Source: Alphaproteobacteria bacterium (GTDB taxonomy: Bacteria; Pseudomonadota; Alphaproteobacteria; JBFXJJ01). Taken from it: a stretch of 64,000 nt of DNA. The translations under genes were made by a program, and so were the position numbers. Positions 39,491 through 50,493 of this stretch are shown here, in pieces; within the stretch, counting starts at the first letter, position 1; each line of letters starts with the position of its first letter. Location: NCBI GenBank assembly GCA_050175015.1, contig JBFXJJ010000005.1:108953-172952 (forward strand). The letters are read 5' to 3'. Below the pieces are notes generated by a model. That model had not been told where the DNA came from and made no database searches. It saw nothing but the letters and a program-made list of their open reading frames with translations.

Positions 39491-40789
39491 CTATGCGGTC
39501 TCTGAATAGCTCATTGTTTTTTGCTGCAAAAAATTCTCAACTTTTTGTAAATCAGACAACGAAATCAAGGTTTCAAGATTAACATATTCGTCATCATCTA
39601 ATCGAGAAACTACTTGAGATTTTTTATATATAAAGGCGATTGCATCACCTGCATAAACAGGAATTTTGAAATTATGAGAAATTGCTTCTTTCGTAAGCTC
39701 AGAATCAATAAGTTTTAGAAGCTCCTCTATCCCTTCCCCTGTTATCGCTGACACTGCGGTAACTTTATATTTGCGTTCCTGAATATTCATAACTTCTGTT
39801 TTATGGTCATCTGGAATAAGATCTATCTTATTAAATACTTCAATAAGACCGTGTTCAACTTTATCTTGGAGACCTAAATTGCAAAGCACCTGCTCAACGT
39901 CTTTTTTCTGATAAATACTGTCTTTATGAGAAATATCTCTTATATGAAGAATAATGTTAGATTGCAGCACCTCTTCTAATGTTGCTCTAAATGCCATAAT
40001 AAGTTCTGTCGGCAAATCGGAAATAAAGCCAACCGTATCAGATAAAATAACTTTTTTCCCTGATGGGAGATTAAGCAGTCTCATCGTAGGATCAAGCGTT
40101 GCAAAAAGCTGATCTTTGGCAAAAACATTAGCAGCCGACAAATAGTTAAAAAGCGTTGATTTTCCAGCATTAGTATAGCCAACCAAAGCAACTACAGGAT
40201 AGGGGACTTTCTGCCTCGATTTACGGTGAAGTTCTCTGGTTTTTTTTACATTTTCTAATTGTTTTTTTATTTTGGCAATGCGTTCGCCAATAAGCCTGCG
40301 GTCAATTTCAATCTGGGTTTCACCAGGACCACCGATAAAGCCTAAACCACCGCGTTGTCTTTCCAAGTGGGTCCAACTGCGAACTAAGCGGCTTTTTTGA
40401 TATTCTAAGTGAGCCAATTCAACTTGAAGAATACCTTCTCTTGTTTTTGCTCTAGCGCCGAATATTTCTAAAATTAGCGCGGTACGATCAATGACCTTAC
40501 AATTCCAGGCTTTTTCAAGATTTCTCTGCTGAACTGGAGACAAGCTACAATTTATTATCGCAAGCTTAATTTCATCATCTTGAATTCTTTGAGCAATTAA
40601 ATCTATATTTCCTTTGCCCAGTAATGTTGAGGGCTTTATCTGTTTAATCAAAAAGCCGAGACTAAAAACAATTTCTTGTTCAATCGCTTCAGCTAAACCA
40701 CACACTTCAGCTAAACAAGATGTTATATCTCGGCTTTCTTTGTCATCACTAAAATAAGGATGAATTACACAAGCTTTATTTTTAAGCAA
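39491..40789 (-). CDS. hflX: GTPase HflX
   Basis: GGPGETQIEIDRR, GYTNAGKST, FATLDPT, DTVGF, NKID. Confidence 0.96.
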   Translation of the reverse strand: MLKNKACVIHPYFSDDKESRDITSCLAEVCGLAEAIEQEIVFSLGFLIKQIKPSTLLGKGNIDLIAQRIQDDEIKLAIINCSLSPVQQRNLEKAWNCKVIDRTALILEIFGARAKTREGILQVELAHLEYQKSRLVRSWTHLERQRGGLGFIGGPGETQIEIDRRLIGERIAKIKKQLENVKKTRELHRKSRQKVPYPVVALVGYTNAGKSTLFNYLSAANVFAKDQLFATLDPTMRLLNLPSGKKVILSDTVGFISDLPTELIMAFRATLEEVLQSNIILHIRDISHKDSIYQKKDVEQVLCNLGLQDKVEHGLIEVFNKIDLIPDDHKTEVMNIQERKYKVTAVSAITGEGIEELLKLIDSELTKEAISHNFKIPVYAGDAIAFIYKKSQVVSRLDDDEYVNLETLISLSDLQKVENFLQQKTMSYSETA

Positions 40790-40791
40790 GG

Positions 40792-41043
40792 CTAAACTTC
40801 TTGAAAATCTTTATCTTCTTCAAATAGTTGAATTGGAGTAACTGGCATAATCGTTGAAATAGCATGCTTATAGACAAGCTGCGAATGCCCATCTCTTCTA
40901 AGCAACATAGAAAAACTGTCAAACCACGTAATAATGCCTTGAAGCTTAACTCCGTTTATTAAAAATACCGTAACAGGAGCTTTATTTTTCCTCACATGGT
41001 TTAAAAAAACGTCCTGTACACTCTGGTTTTTATCTGTTGGCAT
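40792..41043 (-). CDS. hfq: RNA chaperone Hfq
   Basis: [27 protein letters not shown]. Confidence 0.97.
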   Translation of the reverse strand: MPTDKNQSVQDVFLNHVRKNKAPVTVFLINGVKLQGIITWFDSFSMLLRRDGHSQLVYKHAISTIMPVTPIQLFEEDKDFQEV

Positions 41044-41248
41044 CTCTTATCCTTTAAATTAAATGTATATTCTAGCATCAAGTATATACTAAAGATTATA
41101 ACTATCACAAAAAATATCTTTTATTACCACTATTTTTTCAAAAAAGATATACTTTTTTATTTGAAGTATTTGTAATACATTTTTTTATAATTTCAATCTC
41201 TAGTTATGTTATTTTTTGTTACATTTTTTTGTTATTGTAAAAAAATGA

Positions 41249-42625
41249 TTAAAAATACTCTAAACCTACAGAAAAGAATTTTTCGACATTCTTGACCGAA
41301 CCCGTTGCGGCAAAAACCACGATACGGTCTCCGACTTCAATTTCAGTAAGTCCTGTAGGATTAATTACTTGGTCATCTCGCACAATAGCACCAAGCATAA
41401 CTCCGGGAGGAAACCTAATATCTCTCAATGGTTTTCCTATTAACGGCGAAGTTTCTAACGCATCCGCCTCTATAATTTCACCAAAACCCTCATGGATAGA
41501 ATAAGCTGAATGTATCCGCCCTTTTCTAACTTTTTGAAGAATGGTTGAAACCGTTATAGCTCTTGGGTCAATAACCGTGTCAACTCCAAGATTGTGAATC
41601 AAGCTATTATAAGTAGGGTTATTAATCAAGGTTGCCGTTCTTGGCACACCAAAGCGTTTAGCTAACAGAGATGACAAAAGATTGACTTCGTCATCATTTG
41701 TAACCGCTATTGTTGCTTCTGAAGAATAAATCCCCGCTTCCTGCAAGATATCACTTTCTAAAGCATCACCATTAATGACAACGGCTTCTTCCAATTCCGC
41801 AGCAATCATTTTGGCTCTGTCTGAATCTATTTCAATAACTTTACAATATAAATTATTACTTTTCTTTTCTAATTCTTTAGCCATACAAAAGCCAACGCCG
41901 CCGCCGCCAAAAATTAATATTCTTCTGGCCTCAGCAGCTTCACAGCCGAATGTCGACATAGCTCTTTCAGTCTGCTTTGAATCGACAACGAAATAAACCT
42001 CATCATCTTTTTTAATTTGCTCATCAGCTTTAGGCAAAATTGGCTTGTTGTCTCTTATAATTCCAACTATCACCATATTTAAATCTGGAAACAAGTTAGA
42101 AATTTGTCGCATAGGGGTATTTATAACAGGACATTCGTCGCTGCATCTAACGCTAATCAACCTTACCTTATCATCTACTAAAGGTATTACTTCAATAGCC
42201 CCAGGGATCTCGAGTTTACGAATAACAGCTTTAGCAATTTCTACTTCTGGAGAAATAATAACATCTACAGGCATATTGTCATCGTCGTAAAGGCTTGCCC
42301 ACAATGGTTGGAGATAATCCTGGGAACGAATCCTCGCAATTTTAACTGGAACGTTAAACAAAGAGTGTGCAACTTGGCACGAAACCATATTTATTTCGTC
42401 GGTGTTCGTAACCGCAATAAGCATATCAGCATCACGGGCGCCTGCCCTTTCTAAGACCTTAGGATGAGACGCGTGTCCAAGTACCGTTTGTACATCTAAA
42501 TTACTGCTAATTTTTTCAATTAGTTCTGAACTGTTATCAATTATGGTAACATCGTTATTATCGCTTAACAAATAACGTGCAATAGTTGAACCTACCTGTC
42601 CAGCTCCACAAATAATAACCTTCAT
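41249..42625 (-). CDS. trkA: Trk potassium transporter NAD-binding subunit
   Basis: MKVIICGAGQVG and a second GGGGVG RCK domain. Confidence 0.95.
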   Translation of the reverse strand: MKVIICGAGQVGSTIARYLLSDNNDVTIIDNSSELIEKISSNLDVQTVLGHASHPKVLERAGARDADMLIAVTNTDEINMVSCQVAHSLFNVPVKIARIRSQDYLQPLWASLYDDDNMPVDVIISPEVEIAKAVIRKLEIPGAIEVIPLVDDKVRLISVRCSDECPVINTPMRQISNLFPDLNMVIVGIIRDNKPILPKADEQIKKDDEVYFVVDSKQTERAMSTFGCEAAEARRILIFGGGGVGFCMAKELEKKSNNLYCKVIEIDSDRAKMIAAELEEAVVINGDALESDILQEAGIYSSEATIAVTNDDEVNLLSSLLAKRFGVPRTATLINNPTYNSLIHNLGVDTVIDPRAITVSTILQKVRKGRIHSAYSIHEGFGEIIEADALETSPLIGKPLRDIRFPPGVMLGAIVRDDQVINPTGLTEIEVGDRIVVFAATGSVKNVEKFFSVGLEYF

Positions 42626-44007
42626 TATTTATCCCCTATAATGCCTAACATTTTTAATTTACGGTGCAGTGCGGAACGTTCCATTTCCACCTGTCTCGCC
42701 GTTTCTGAGATATTGTCACCACATCTAGCTAATTTTGCTAGTAAATATTCTTTTTCAAACATATCTCTAGCCTCTCTAATAGGCAATGACATAATTTCAC
42801 TTTTTTTATCCCAAGAAAAAACCTTTGGAGCTGCGGAATAAATTTCTGAAGGAAGCATATTGATGGTTATTTGATTCCCTGAAACTTCTGAAGACATAAT
42901 CAAAATCCAGTCTATAATGTTTTTTAACTGCCTTACATTTCCAGGCCAGTCATAAGACTGCATAGCCATTAACGCATCTTCAGCGAAAGTTTTAATATTC
43001 TCATTAGCAATATTGTTAGATTTTCGCATAAAATATTCAGCTAATTTAGGAATATCATCTTTCCTTTCTTTAAGACTTGGCATTTTAATCGGAACAACAT
43101 TAAGCCTATAAAATAAATCTTCCCTAAATTTATTATTTCTAATAGCTTCTTGTAAATTACGGTTAGAGGTTGCTATTACTCGAACATCGACCTCAATTTT
43201 TTTATTTCCCCCAACTCTAAAAAAAGTCTGTTCCTGAAGAACTCTAACTATTTTTCCTTGAGTCTCAATAGGCATATCCGCAACTTCATCAAGTAGTAAT
43301 GTTCCACCATGAGCTTGCTCAAAAAAACCTGTTTTGGCATCGGATATATCGTTATCGCTTTTTTCTTTACCAAAAAGCTCTAGCTCCATTCTTTCTGGAT
43401 GCATCCCTGCACAATTAATAACGACAAAAGGATTGTTTTTTCTTCTTGAAAGCTTATGAATAAGTCTTGCAGCAACTTCTTTGCCAGATCCCTGCTCACC
43501 AGTGATAAGCACTCTGGAATTAGTTGGAGCAACCAGCTCAATATTTTTACGAACCGCATTTATTATTGCTGAGAAACCTATCAAATCTTCATCTGGAGAA
43601 AATCTTTGTTTAAGTTCAATATTTTCACGCTTAAGATTTGCGTTTTCAATAGCCCTTTCAACAATCAACAAAAGGCGATCAGATTTAAAAGGCTTTTCAA
43701 TATAATCATAGGCGCCCTTTTTGATAGCAGCAACCGCTGTTTCAATATTGCCATGACCACTAATCATAACTACAGGAAGATATGGATATTCCTTGTTTAT
43801 CTCCGATAGAATATCAAGACCGTCAAGCTTACTGCCTTCTAACCAAATATCAAGAATGACAATATCTGGCCTCTTCGTTCTTAATGCTTCAAATGCAGTT
43901 TCAGAATTATTAGCCTCACGAATGGTATACCCTTCGTCGCTTAAAATTCCTCCAATTAACATTCTTATATCATCTTCATCATCAACGATAAGAATATTTT
44001 TACTCAT
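42625..44007 (-). CDS. ntrX: Response regulator NtrX
   Basis: Receiver (LDIWL, ISGHGNIETAV), AAA+ lacking GAFTGA, FREDLFYRLNV, MERSALHRKLK. Confidence 0.93.
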   Translation of the reverse strand: MSKNILIVDDEDDIRMLIGGILSDEGYTIREANNSETAFEALRTKRPDIVILDIWLEGSKLDGLDILSEINKEYPYLPVVMISGHGNIETAVAAIKKGAYDYIEKPFKSDRLLLIVERAIENANLKRENIELKQRFSPDEDLIGFSAIINAVRKNIELVAPTNSRVLITGEQGSGKEVAARLIHKLSRRKNNPFVVINCAGMHPERMELELFGKEKSDNDISDAKTGFFEQAHGGTLLLDEVADMPIETQGKIVRVLQEQTFFRVGGNKKIEVDVRVIATSNRNLQEAIRNNKFREDLFYRLNVVPIKMPSLKERKDDIPKLAEYFMRKSNNIANENIKTFAEDALMAMQSYDWPGNVRQLKNIIDWILIMSSEVSGNQITINMLPSEIYSAAPKVFSWDKKSEIMSLPIREARDMFEKEYLLAKLARCGDNISETARQVEMERSALHRKLKMLGIIGDK

Positions 44008-46206
44008 CTAGCTGTCCATATTTTTAAAACGTAATGAAACTTTAGCTCCGCCATTTTCATTATCATCTATTAGCAATTCACCCTTATGGTCTTCCATAAT
44101 CTTTTTCACAATAGCCAAACCTAAACCTGTTCCTTTGGCTCTTGTAGTTACATAAGGTTCGGTTAACTTTTCCCTTGTTTCTTTATCGGGTAATCCTTTG
44201 CCGTTATCAATAACCGTTATTTTTATATAATTTTTTTCATTTAATACAAGTATTAAAATGTTTCCTTTAAAATTTTCTTCATGTTTTTCTTTATCATGTA
44301 CTGCTTCAATAGCATTTTTTATAATATTAGTAACAGCTTGGTTTAGCTGTCTATTATCACAACGCATATAAATCTTAGGTTCTTCAATTTTAGTCTCAAA
44401 AGTTATTTCAGGATATGCTGTTTTTTGTAGAAAAACTGCACTTTGTACAATTTCACAGATATTATATTCTTTCATTTGAGGAGCAGGCATACGTGCAAAA
44501 GCTGAAAATTCGTCAACCATACGCCCAATATCAGCAACCTGCCTAATAATTGTTGCTATGCAAGTATCAAAAGTCTCAACATCTTCCTTAATCTGCTTTT
44601 TATATTTCTTAGAAAGCCTTTCTGCCGAAAGCTGAATAGGAGTTAAAGGATTTTTGATTTCATGTGCAATGCGCCTTGCAACATCTGCCCAAGCAGCCTT
44701 TCTTTGTGCTTGCTCTAATTCTGTAATGTCATCAAAAGTAAAAACATAACCAACGACTTCGTTGTTACGCATTTCTGCAGCAAGCCTAACCAATAATATT
44801 TTATCATTAGCTTTAATTTCACCATTAAATGGCTTGCTCGGCTTATCATATACGATATCAAAAGCATTAGTAAATTCAGGTATTGCTTTGATAATATGAA
44901 GTTCTTTAAGCTCTTCTGGCTGGCGGCTTAACAAATCACAAGCCGAACGATTAATAATTGAAATATTGCCATTGCTATCAAGTCCGACAACTCCAGCAGA
45001 TACTCCGGCCAAAACCGTTTCTATGAATCTACGGCGTTTATCAATCTCATAATTAGTTTCAACCAACCGTTCTCTTTGCGACAAAAGCTGGCTAGTCATA
45101 CGGTTAAAAGCACGACTTAATATACTCAACTCATCAGCGTAGGAATTTTCCTCAACTTTAACTTCTAAATCGCCTTCTCTAACTTGCCCTGCAGCATCAA
45201 TTAAAGCCGTAATAGGCTTTAAAAGCTGCGTTGCTAAATTAAGTCCAATCCACATTGAAGCGGTTAGCAGTAACAGAGCCGCCAAAATAAAAATCATCGA
45301 AAAGGTTATTTCGATATTTGAGCGTTGTCCTTCTAATCTTTTATATTCAGATACCGATTTGTTAGCCCTGTCCATATGAGCAAGAACTCTTGGATCAACA
45401 AAACGTCCAACATACAAATAAAAATCGCCTACCGTATCAAGTTTAGCTAAAGCTCGAACTCTATCTGAAGTCTCGCCAGTTAAAACCGCTATTTCACCTC
45501 TGTTAGCCTTATCAACCGCCCAATAAGGAACTTCTTCAAAACGCAATGAAAAGGTATAGCCCGTGTAAGCTATAACCTTACCATCAATATTAAAAATTAC
45601 GGCTTCGTTAAGTCCTTGCTCCATTGATGTTGTGGTTAACACCTGTTTAATTTGATTAACATTAAAGCCTGAGTGATAAATTTCTCTATTAATAGCATTA
45701 GCAACGACTAAAACATCTCCCGTAATAATTTGGCGATGTTCTTTTAAATACGCCTCTGCAACAATAAGCGATTCATTAACTGCTGTTTTAACATTATCAC
45801 TAAACCAGCTTTGCAAGCCGGCGTTAAAAAATAAGGCTGAAAATACTGCTACTAAAATAGTAGGTGTTGCCGCAACTAATCCAAACAAAAAGACTAATCT
45901 CACTTGCAACTTAGAGCCTGCTTTGCCCTCTTTTCTAGCTCCCCAAACCTGAACCATTCTTCTTATGATAACGATACTAAGAATTAAAAGTATTGTTAGA
46001 TCAATATTAAGTAGAATTAAAACCTTTTTAGAATCATATTCTCTAGAATCGGCCTGAGTTAAAGCAAAATATGTGGCCAATCCAGATATAACGGCACAAA
46101 AAGAAAGACCTATGGCTAATTTTCGTGAAAGGTTATTTTTTCTTGCCCAAATGCCAAGTTTTAAAAAAAGACGGCTTTTTTGAAAATCAGTTTTGCCAAT
46201 AACCAT
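44008..46206 (-). CDS. ntrY: Sensor histidine kinase NtrY
   Basis: TM/HAMP/PAS, AWADVARRIAHEIKNPLTPIQLSAERL, EPYVTTRAKGTGLGL. Confidence 0.93.
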   Translation of the reverse strand: MVIGKTDFQKSRLFLKLGIWARKNNLSRKLAIGLSFCAVISGLATYFALTQADSREYDSKKVLILLNIDLTILLILSIVIIRRMVQVWGARKEGKAGSKLQVRLVFLFGLVAATPTILVAVFSALFFNAGLQSWFSDNVKTAVNESLIVAEAYLKEHRQIITGDVLVVANAINREIYHSGFNVNQIKQVLTTTSMEQGLNEAVIFNIDGKVIAYTGYTFSLRFEEVPYWAVDKANRGEIAVLTGETSDRVRALAKLDTVGDFYLYVGRFVDPRVLAHMDRANKSVSEYKRLEGQRSNIEITFSMIFILAALLLLTASMWIGLNLATQLLKPITALIDAAGQVREGDLEVKVEENSYADELSILSRAFNRMTSQLLSQRERLVETNYEIDKRRRFIETVLAGVSAGVVGLDSNGNISIINRSACDLLSRQPEELKELHIIKAIPEFTNAFDIVYDKPSKPFNGEIKANDKILLVRLAAEMRNNEVVGYVFTFDDITELEQAQRKAAWADVARRIAHEIKNPLTPIQLSAERLSKKYKKQIKEDVETFDTCIATIIRQVADIGRMVDEFSAFARMPAPQMKEYNICEIVQSAVFLQKTAYPEITFETKIEEPKIYMRCDNRQLNQAVTNIIKNAIEAVHDKEKHEENFKGNILILVLNEKNYIKITVIDNGKGLPDKETREKLTEPYVTTRAKGTGLGLAIVKKIMEDHKGELLIDDNENGGAKVSLRFKNMDS

Positions 46207-46227
46207 TCAACTTACTCGTAGGAAAAT

Positions 46228-47196
46228 TTATATAAAGAATTCATTTATCATATTTTTTGCTATATCTAAAGACGTAATTAAATTAAATCTTTCTCTAAAC
46301 TCTGTTGCGTTCTTAAAATTGCGGCTGTACCAGCAAATGTGTTTGCGAGCTATTTTTATGCCATTCCTAATCCCATAATATTGCAAAATCTCATCATAAT
46401 GTTCTAAAACAATTTTTCTCTTTTCTTCATTTGAAAACTCTGGTTTTGCAAATAATTCCCCTTCATTTAAAGCTTTAGAAATATCTGATACAGCCCACGG
46501 ACGTCCAAGAATTCCACGCCCAATCATAACCCCGTTGCAATTAGTTTTAGAAATCATATTCATAGCATCTTGAGAAGAATAAATATCGCCATTGCCAATA
46601 ACTGGAATTGATAATTTATTCTTTACTGCGGCAATAACATCAAGATTTGCAATCCCAGAATACATTTGCTCCCGTGTTCGACCGTGAACAATAACGGCAT
46701 CAGCCCCTTCCGACTCGGCGATATGTGCTATCTCTGGAGCATTAATGTTTTTCTCGTCCCAACCAGAGCGAATTTTTACGGTTAACGGGATATTAATTGC
46801 ATTTCGCGCAGCTTTAACAATAGCGCCAACCCTGGCAGCATCTTTCATTAATGCGGCACCGCTGATATTAGTTATAAGCTTGCGTACAGGACACCCCATA
46901 TTAATATCGATAAGGCTTGCCCCGCTTGCTTCGCTCATTTTAGCAGCTTCAGCAATCGTTTCAGGATCGTTGCCAACGATTTGAACAGCTATTGGGTATT
47001 CATCTTGGTATGTTTTAGCTCTATTTATAGTTTTTTTATGAGATCTTACTATAGAATTTGCCGCAATCATCTCTGTGAAAAGCAAGGCTTTAGAGAATTT
47101 TCGCACCATAATACGAAAAGGTCTATCGGTTACGCCAGCCATAGGTGCAACCATAATCTTGTCATTTAATTCTAAAGAGCCTATAAAAAGAGACAT
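46228..47196 (-). CDS. dusB: tRNA-dihydrouridine synthase B (NifR3)
   Basis: APMAGVTD, DINMGCP, VHGRTR, GNGDI. Confidence 0.95.
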   Translation of the reverse strand: MSLFIGSLELNDKIMVAPMAGVTDRPFRIMVRKFSKALLFTEMIAANSIVRSHKKTINRAKTYQDEYPIAVQIVGNDPETIAEAAKMSEASGASLIDINMGCPVRKLITNISGAALMKDAARVGAIVKAARNAINIPLTVKIRSGWDEKNINAPEIAHIAESEGADAVIVHGRTREQMYSGIANLDVIAAVKNKLSIPVIGNGDIYSSQDAMNMISKTNCNGVMIGRGILGRPWAVSDISKALNEGELFAKPEFSNEEKRKIVLEHYDEILQYYGIRNGIKIARKHICWYSRNFKNATEFRERFNLITSLDIAKNMINEFFI

Positions 47197-47239
47197 AATT
47201 TCGTAACTTATAATATTTTTTAAAAAAACTGAACCTTAA

Positions 47240-48388
47240 ATGAAAAAGAAATGTATAGCACTGATTGTTGCCGCAGGTAAAGGACACCGTTTTGGCAACG
47301 AGCTTCCTAAACAGTATCATCAATTAGGAAATAAAATGGTCTTAGCTCAAAGTCTAGGAATATTTGCTAACCACTATCTCGTTGATGGAGTTGCCGCCGT
47401 TATTAATTTTGATGATATGCCTTTTTACGAAATTGCGGCTCAAGGTTTAAACTTGCTGCCACCTATTAAAGGCGGTAAAACGAGGCAAGATTCAGTTCGC
47501 CTTGGGCTTGAGGCTATCAAAGAACAGCAGCCTGACATCGTTTTAATCCATGATGGCGCCAGACCGTTTATAAGCTATGATTTAATCACTAATACCATCG
47601 AAGCTCTTAATGACTATGATGGCGTTATTCCTGCTATCCCTGTTAAAGATACTTTAAAAAAAGTTCAGAATAATATCATAACCCAAACCGTAGATCGTAA
47701 TGAATTATGGCGGGCGCAAACTCCGCAAGGCTTTAACTTTGAAAAGATTAGAACAGCTCATTTAAAAGCGCAAAATTTAGAACTAACAGATGACGCCGCC
47801 GTATTTGAGTATAGCGGTCTTGATGTTCTCATTATTAACGGCGATGAAGGTAATGAAAAAATAACCCTTAAAGAAGATTTAGAAAAATTCAATATTGGTA
47901 AAGAAAACAGCCGTGATACCAAAATTGGAAGCGGATTTGACGTTCACCAAATATGCAATGATAAAAAAATGTATCTTTGCGGAGTTGAAATTGATTGTCC
48001 TTTCGGGCTTAAAGGACATTCTGATGCCGATGTCGCTTTGCACGCCTTAGCCGATGCTCTTTTTGGCGCTGTAGGTGCTGGTGATATTGGTCTTCATTTT
48101 CCACCCTCCGATGATAAATGGCAAGGCGCCGCCTCAGAAATATTTGTAAAAAAAGCGGTAGCCACCATATCAGCTATGGGGGGAACAATTAACAATATTG
48201 ATTTAACCATAATCTGCGAAAAACCTAAAATATCAAATTACAGATTGGCAATGTTAAAAAAATTATCAGAAATCACAGGACTTTCACCTTCCAATATAAG
48301 CTTAAAAGCAACAACAACAGAAAAACTAGGCTTTACAGGACGAGGCGAAGGTATCGCAGCTCAAGCAGTTGCGGCTATAAAAATTTAA
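47240..48388 (+). CDS. ispDF: Bifunctional IspD/IspF
   Basis: AAGKGHRF, IHDGARP, QTPQGF; GFDVH, GHSDADV, KATTTEKLGFTGR. Confidence 0.95.
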   Translation: MKKKCIALIVAAGKGHRFGNELPKQYHQLGNKMVLAQSLGIFANHYLVDGVAAVINFDDMPFYEIAAQGLNLLPPIKGGKTRQDSVRLGLEAIKEQQPDIVLIHDGARPFISYDLITNTIEALNDYDGVIPAIPVKDTLKKVQNNIITQTVDRNELWRAQTPQGFNFEKIRTAHLKAQNLELTDDAAVFEYSGLDVLIINGDEGNEKITLKEDLEKFNIGKENSRDTKIGSGFDVHQICNDKKMYLCGVEIDCPFGLKGHSDADVALHALADALFGAVGAGDIGLHFPPSDDKWQGAASEIFVKKAVATISAMGGTINNIDLTIICEKPKISNYRLAMLKKLSEITGLSPSNISLKATTTEKLGFTGRGEGIAAQAVAAIKI

Positions 48389-48539
48389 GTTCTATGCCTA
48401 AAATTTTAATCAAACGATTGAAAGCTGTTGCTTCCTAAAAAACAAAGAAACCTTTTAGTTTGAGGCTTTTATGTTTAATTATACAAATCTATCTTAAGAC
48501 ATAGTTCCGCTATCGAAACATTAAAACTACAATGGAAGT

Positions 48540-48857
48540 TTAAATGGTTTCCTGACCTATCCAATTTAAGAAATCTTCACTACCGCCATTGATTGGCAAT
48601 GATATTATGCAGGGACACTCATAACTATGATGCCTTTTTACCTCGTCTAACACGTCACTTAATAAAGTTTTTTTGGTTTTGACAATCATTGCGGTTTCTT
48701 TATCGTTCTTTATTTCGTTACGCCAGCGATATATTGATGTTATATCACCTAAAATATTGGCACAGGAAACCAATTTTTTTGCCACTAGATTCTGGGCAAT
48801 AATAACAGCTTCATCTTTAGTTGATGCCGTTATGTAAACCACGATGTAATCTGACAT
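48540..48857 (-). CDS. cutA: Divalent-cation tolerance protein CutA
   Basis: SCANI, SIYRW, HSYECPCII; start placed at MSDYIVV. Confidence 0.9.
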   Translation of the reverse strand: MSDYIVVYITASTKDEAVIIAQNLVAKKLVSCANILGDITSIYRWRNEIKNDKETAMIVKTKKTLLSDVLDEVKRHHSYECPCIISLPINGGSEDFLNWIGQETI

Positions 48858-48916
48858 ATTTAAGCCTTCATAAATAATTGCAATATTGTTTGTTAAAGAT
48901 AACATTTTTTAGGAAA

Positions 48917-49903
48917 TCAAGCTGTCAAATTAACATCATTACTCTGATATAAATATGAAATATTTTTTGTATTTTGAGGAACTAATGGAATAATTTTGCT
49001 ATAAGCTGAAACCCCTATTTTCTGTGTACTGATACTTTGAGAATATCCATCGGCTAAAGACGTAACTCCATCATTCTCTTTTTCATCTGTTTTCTCTTCT
49101 GCGTCTTGTTTTTTCAGTTCCTGTTTGGCTTCGGTTTTAACTTTTTCCGCAGTCATTGCAACTTGCTTGTCAGCTGCTGATGGTTCCATCGGAGCAAGAG
49201 CGGCTTTCTTTACAATCTCCATTTTTTGAATGGTGGCTTCAGGATTATCATTAACTGGAGAGGTGTCAATTTTGACTTCGCCCTCTACGGCATATTGGTT
49301 GCCATCAGGACCTTCTTCCATAGTATAGCTAGGAGCTCCCGCATATCCTCCTCCAGCCATTGTATGAGCCTGCTCGTGCTGTCTTACTTCACGATCAGTC
49401 TTCTGCAAATCATCGACTTGCTGCTCCTCGTCATCTGTTAACTCTTCAGATTCTCCAGATGAGACAGAATTGGAAGCTTGAGCTGGTGGAGAACCACCTT
49501 GATTCGCTCCCCCTACGCTATCAACTTCTAAATTTTCGGAATGTGATTGCTGTAAAATCTCACCACCATCGTCATTTTCTTCTGTTAAATCTGAGTTCGT
49601 TTGATTTTGTTTCTTATTTTTAGAATTAGTTAACTCTTCATCTATATCATCATCTAATGAAGCATATTCTTGAACCGAATATAAAGAAGATAAACTCACA
49701 GGAGGTATTTCATTAAAGGCATTTATTAAAGAATCGCTTTGCTTAATGTCAGAAGTATCATCAAGCAATGAAAATTTAGATAAGTCTTGTGTGGCGTCAG
49801 AAGATTTTTGAGTTTTTTTGCTCGCAGCGGAGGATATAGGCGACACAGGGTCGCTTATATTCATCATTGTTTTCAAAAATGATGTTCCAACCTTATTTAT
49901 CAA
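48917..49903 (-). CDS. SprA-related family protein
   Basis: DREVRQHEQAH, GPDGNQYAVEGEV, AALAPMEPSAAD. Confidence 0.8.
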   Translation of the reverse strand: MINKVGTSFLKTMMNISDPVSPISSAASKKTQKSSDATQDLSKFSLLDDTSDIKQSDSLINAFNEIPPVSLSSLYSVQEYASLDDDIDEELTNSKNKKQNQTNSDLTEENDDGGEILQQSHSENLEVDSVGGANQGGSPPAQASNSVSSGESEELTDDEEQQVDDLQKTDREVRQHEQAHTMAGGGYAGAPSYTMEEGPDGNQYAVEGEVKIDTSPVNDNPEATIQKMEIVKKAALAPMEPSAADKQVAMTAEKVKTEAKQELKKQDAEEKTDEKENDGVTSLADGYSQSISTQKIGVSAYSKIIPLVPQNTKNISYLYQSNDVNLTA

Positions 49904-50037
49904 AGCTTTTCCTATAACTTTGGAGCAATTAAAACTTAAAGATTGTATTATATCTTATTTTTTATTATAAATCAATTTTATGTAGGGTGATAAAGTTTTA
50001 CTTTATTTGTCTTAAATTTATCTTTATAAGCAGTATT

Positions 50038-50493
50038 ATGAAAAAAAATGTTCTTATAATTAATGGTCCTAATTTAAACCTTTTAGGTAAAAGAGAACCA
50101 AATATTTATGGAAGTACAACTTTGAATGAAGTTAAGGAAAAATGCCAGGATAAGGCATCTTCCTATAACACTGAGGTTGTATTTTTTCAATCTAACAAAG
50201 AAGGGGAAATAATTGATGTTATTCAAGATGCCCCTAACAAATACAATGGCATAATCATTAATCCTGGGGCATACTCTCATACCTCTATAGCTATTATGGA
50301 CGCTTTAAAAGTCGTCAAAATGCCAATTATTGAAGTTCATATCAGCAATATTTTTAAAAGGGAAGAATTTCGCCGTCATTCCTACGTTTCGCTCGTAGCT
50401 GATGGCGTAATCTGCGGTTTAGGAACAGCAGGATATGAACTCGCCTTAGACGCTATTATTAAAATCATCAACCAGCATGGAGATAAATTCTAA
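50038..50493 (+). CDS. aroQ: Type II 3-dehydroquinate dehydratase
   Basis: NGPNLNLLGKREP, INPGAYSHTS, EVHISN; start placed at MKKNV. Confidence 0.96.
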   Translation: MKKNVLIINGPNLNLLGKREPNIYGSTTLNEVKEKCQDKASSYNTEVVFFQSNKEGEIIDVIQDAPNKYNGIIINPGAYSHTSIAIMDALKVVKMPIIEVHISNIFKREEFRRHSYVSLVADGVICGLGTAGYELALDAIIKIINQHGDKF

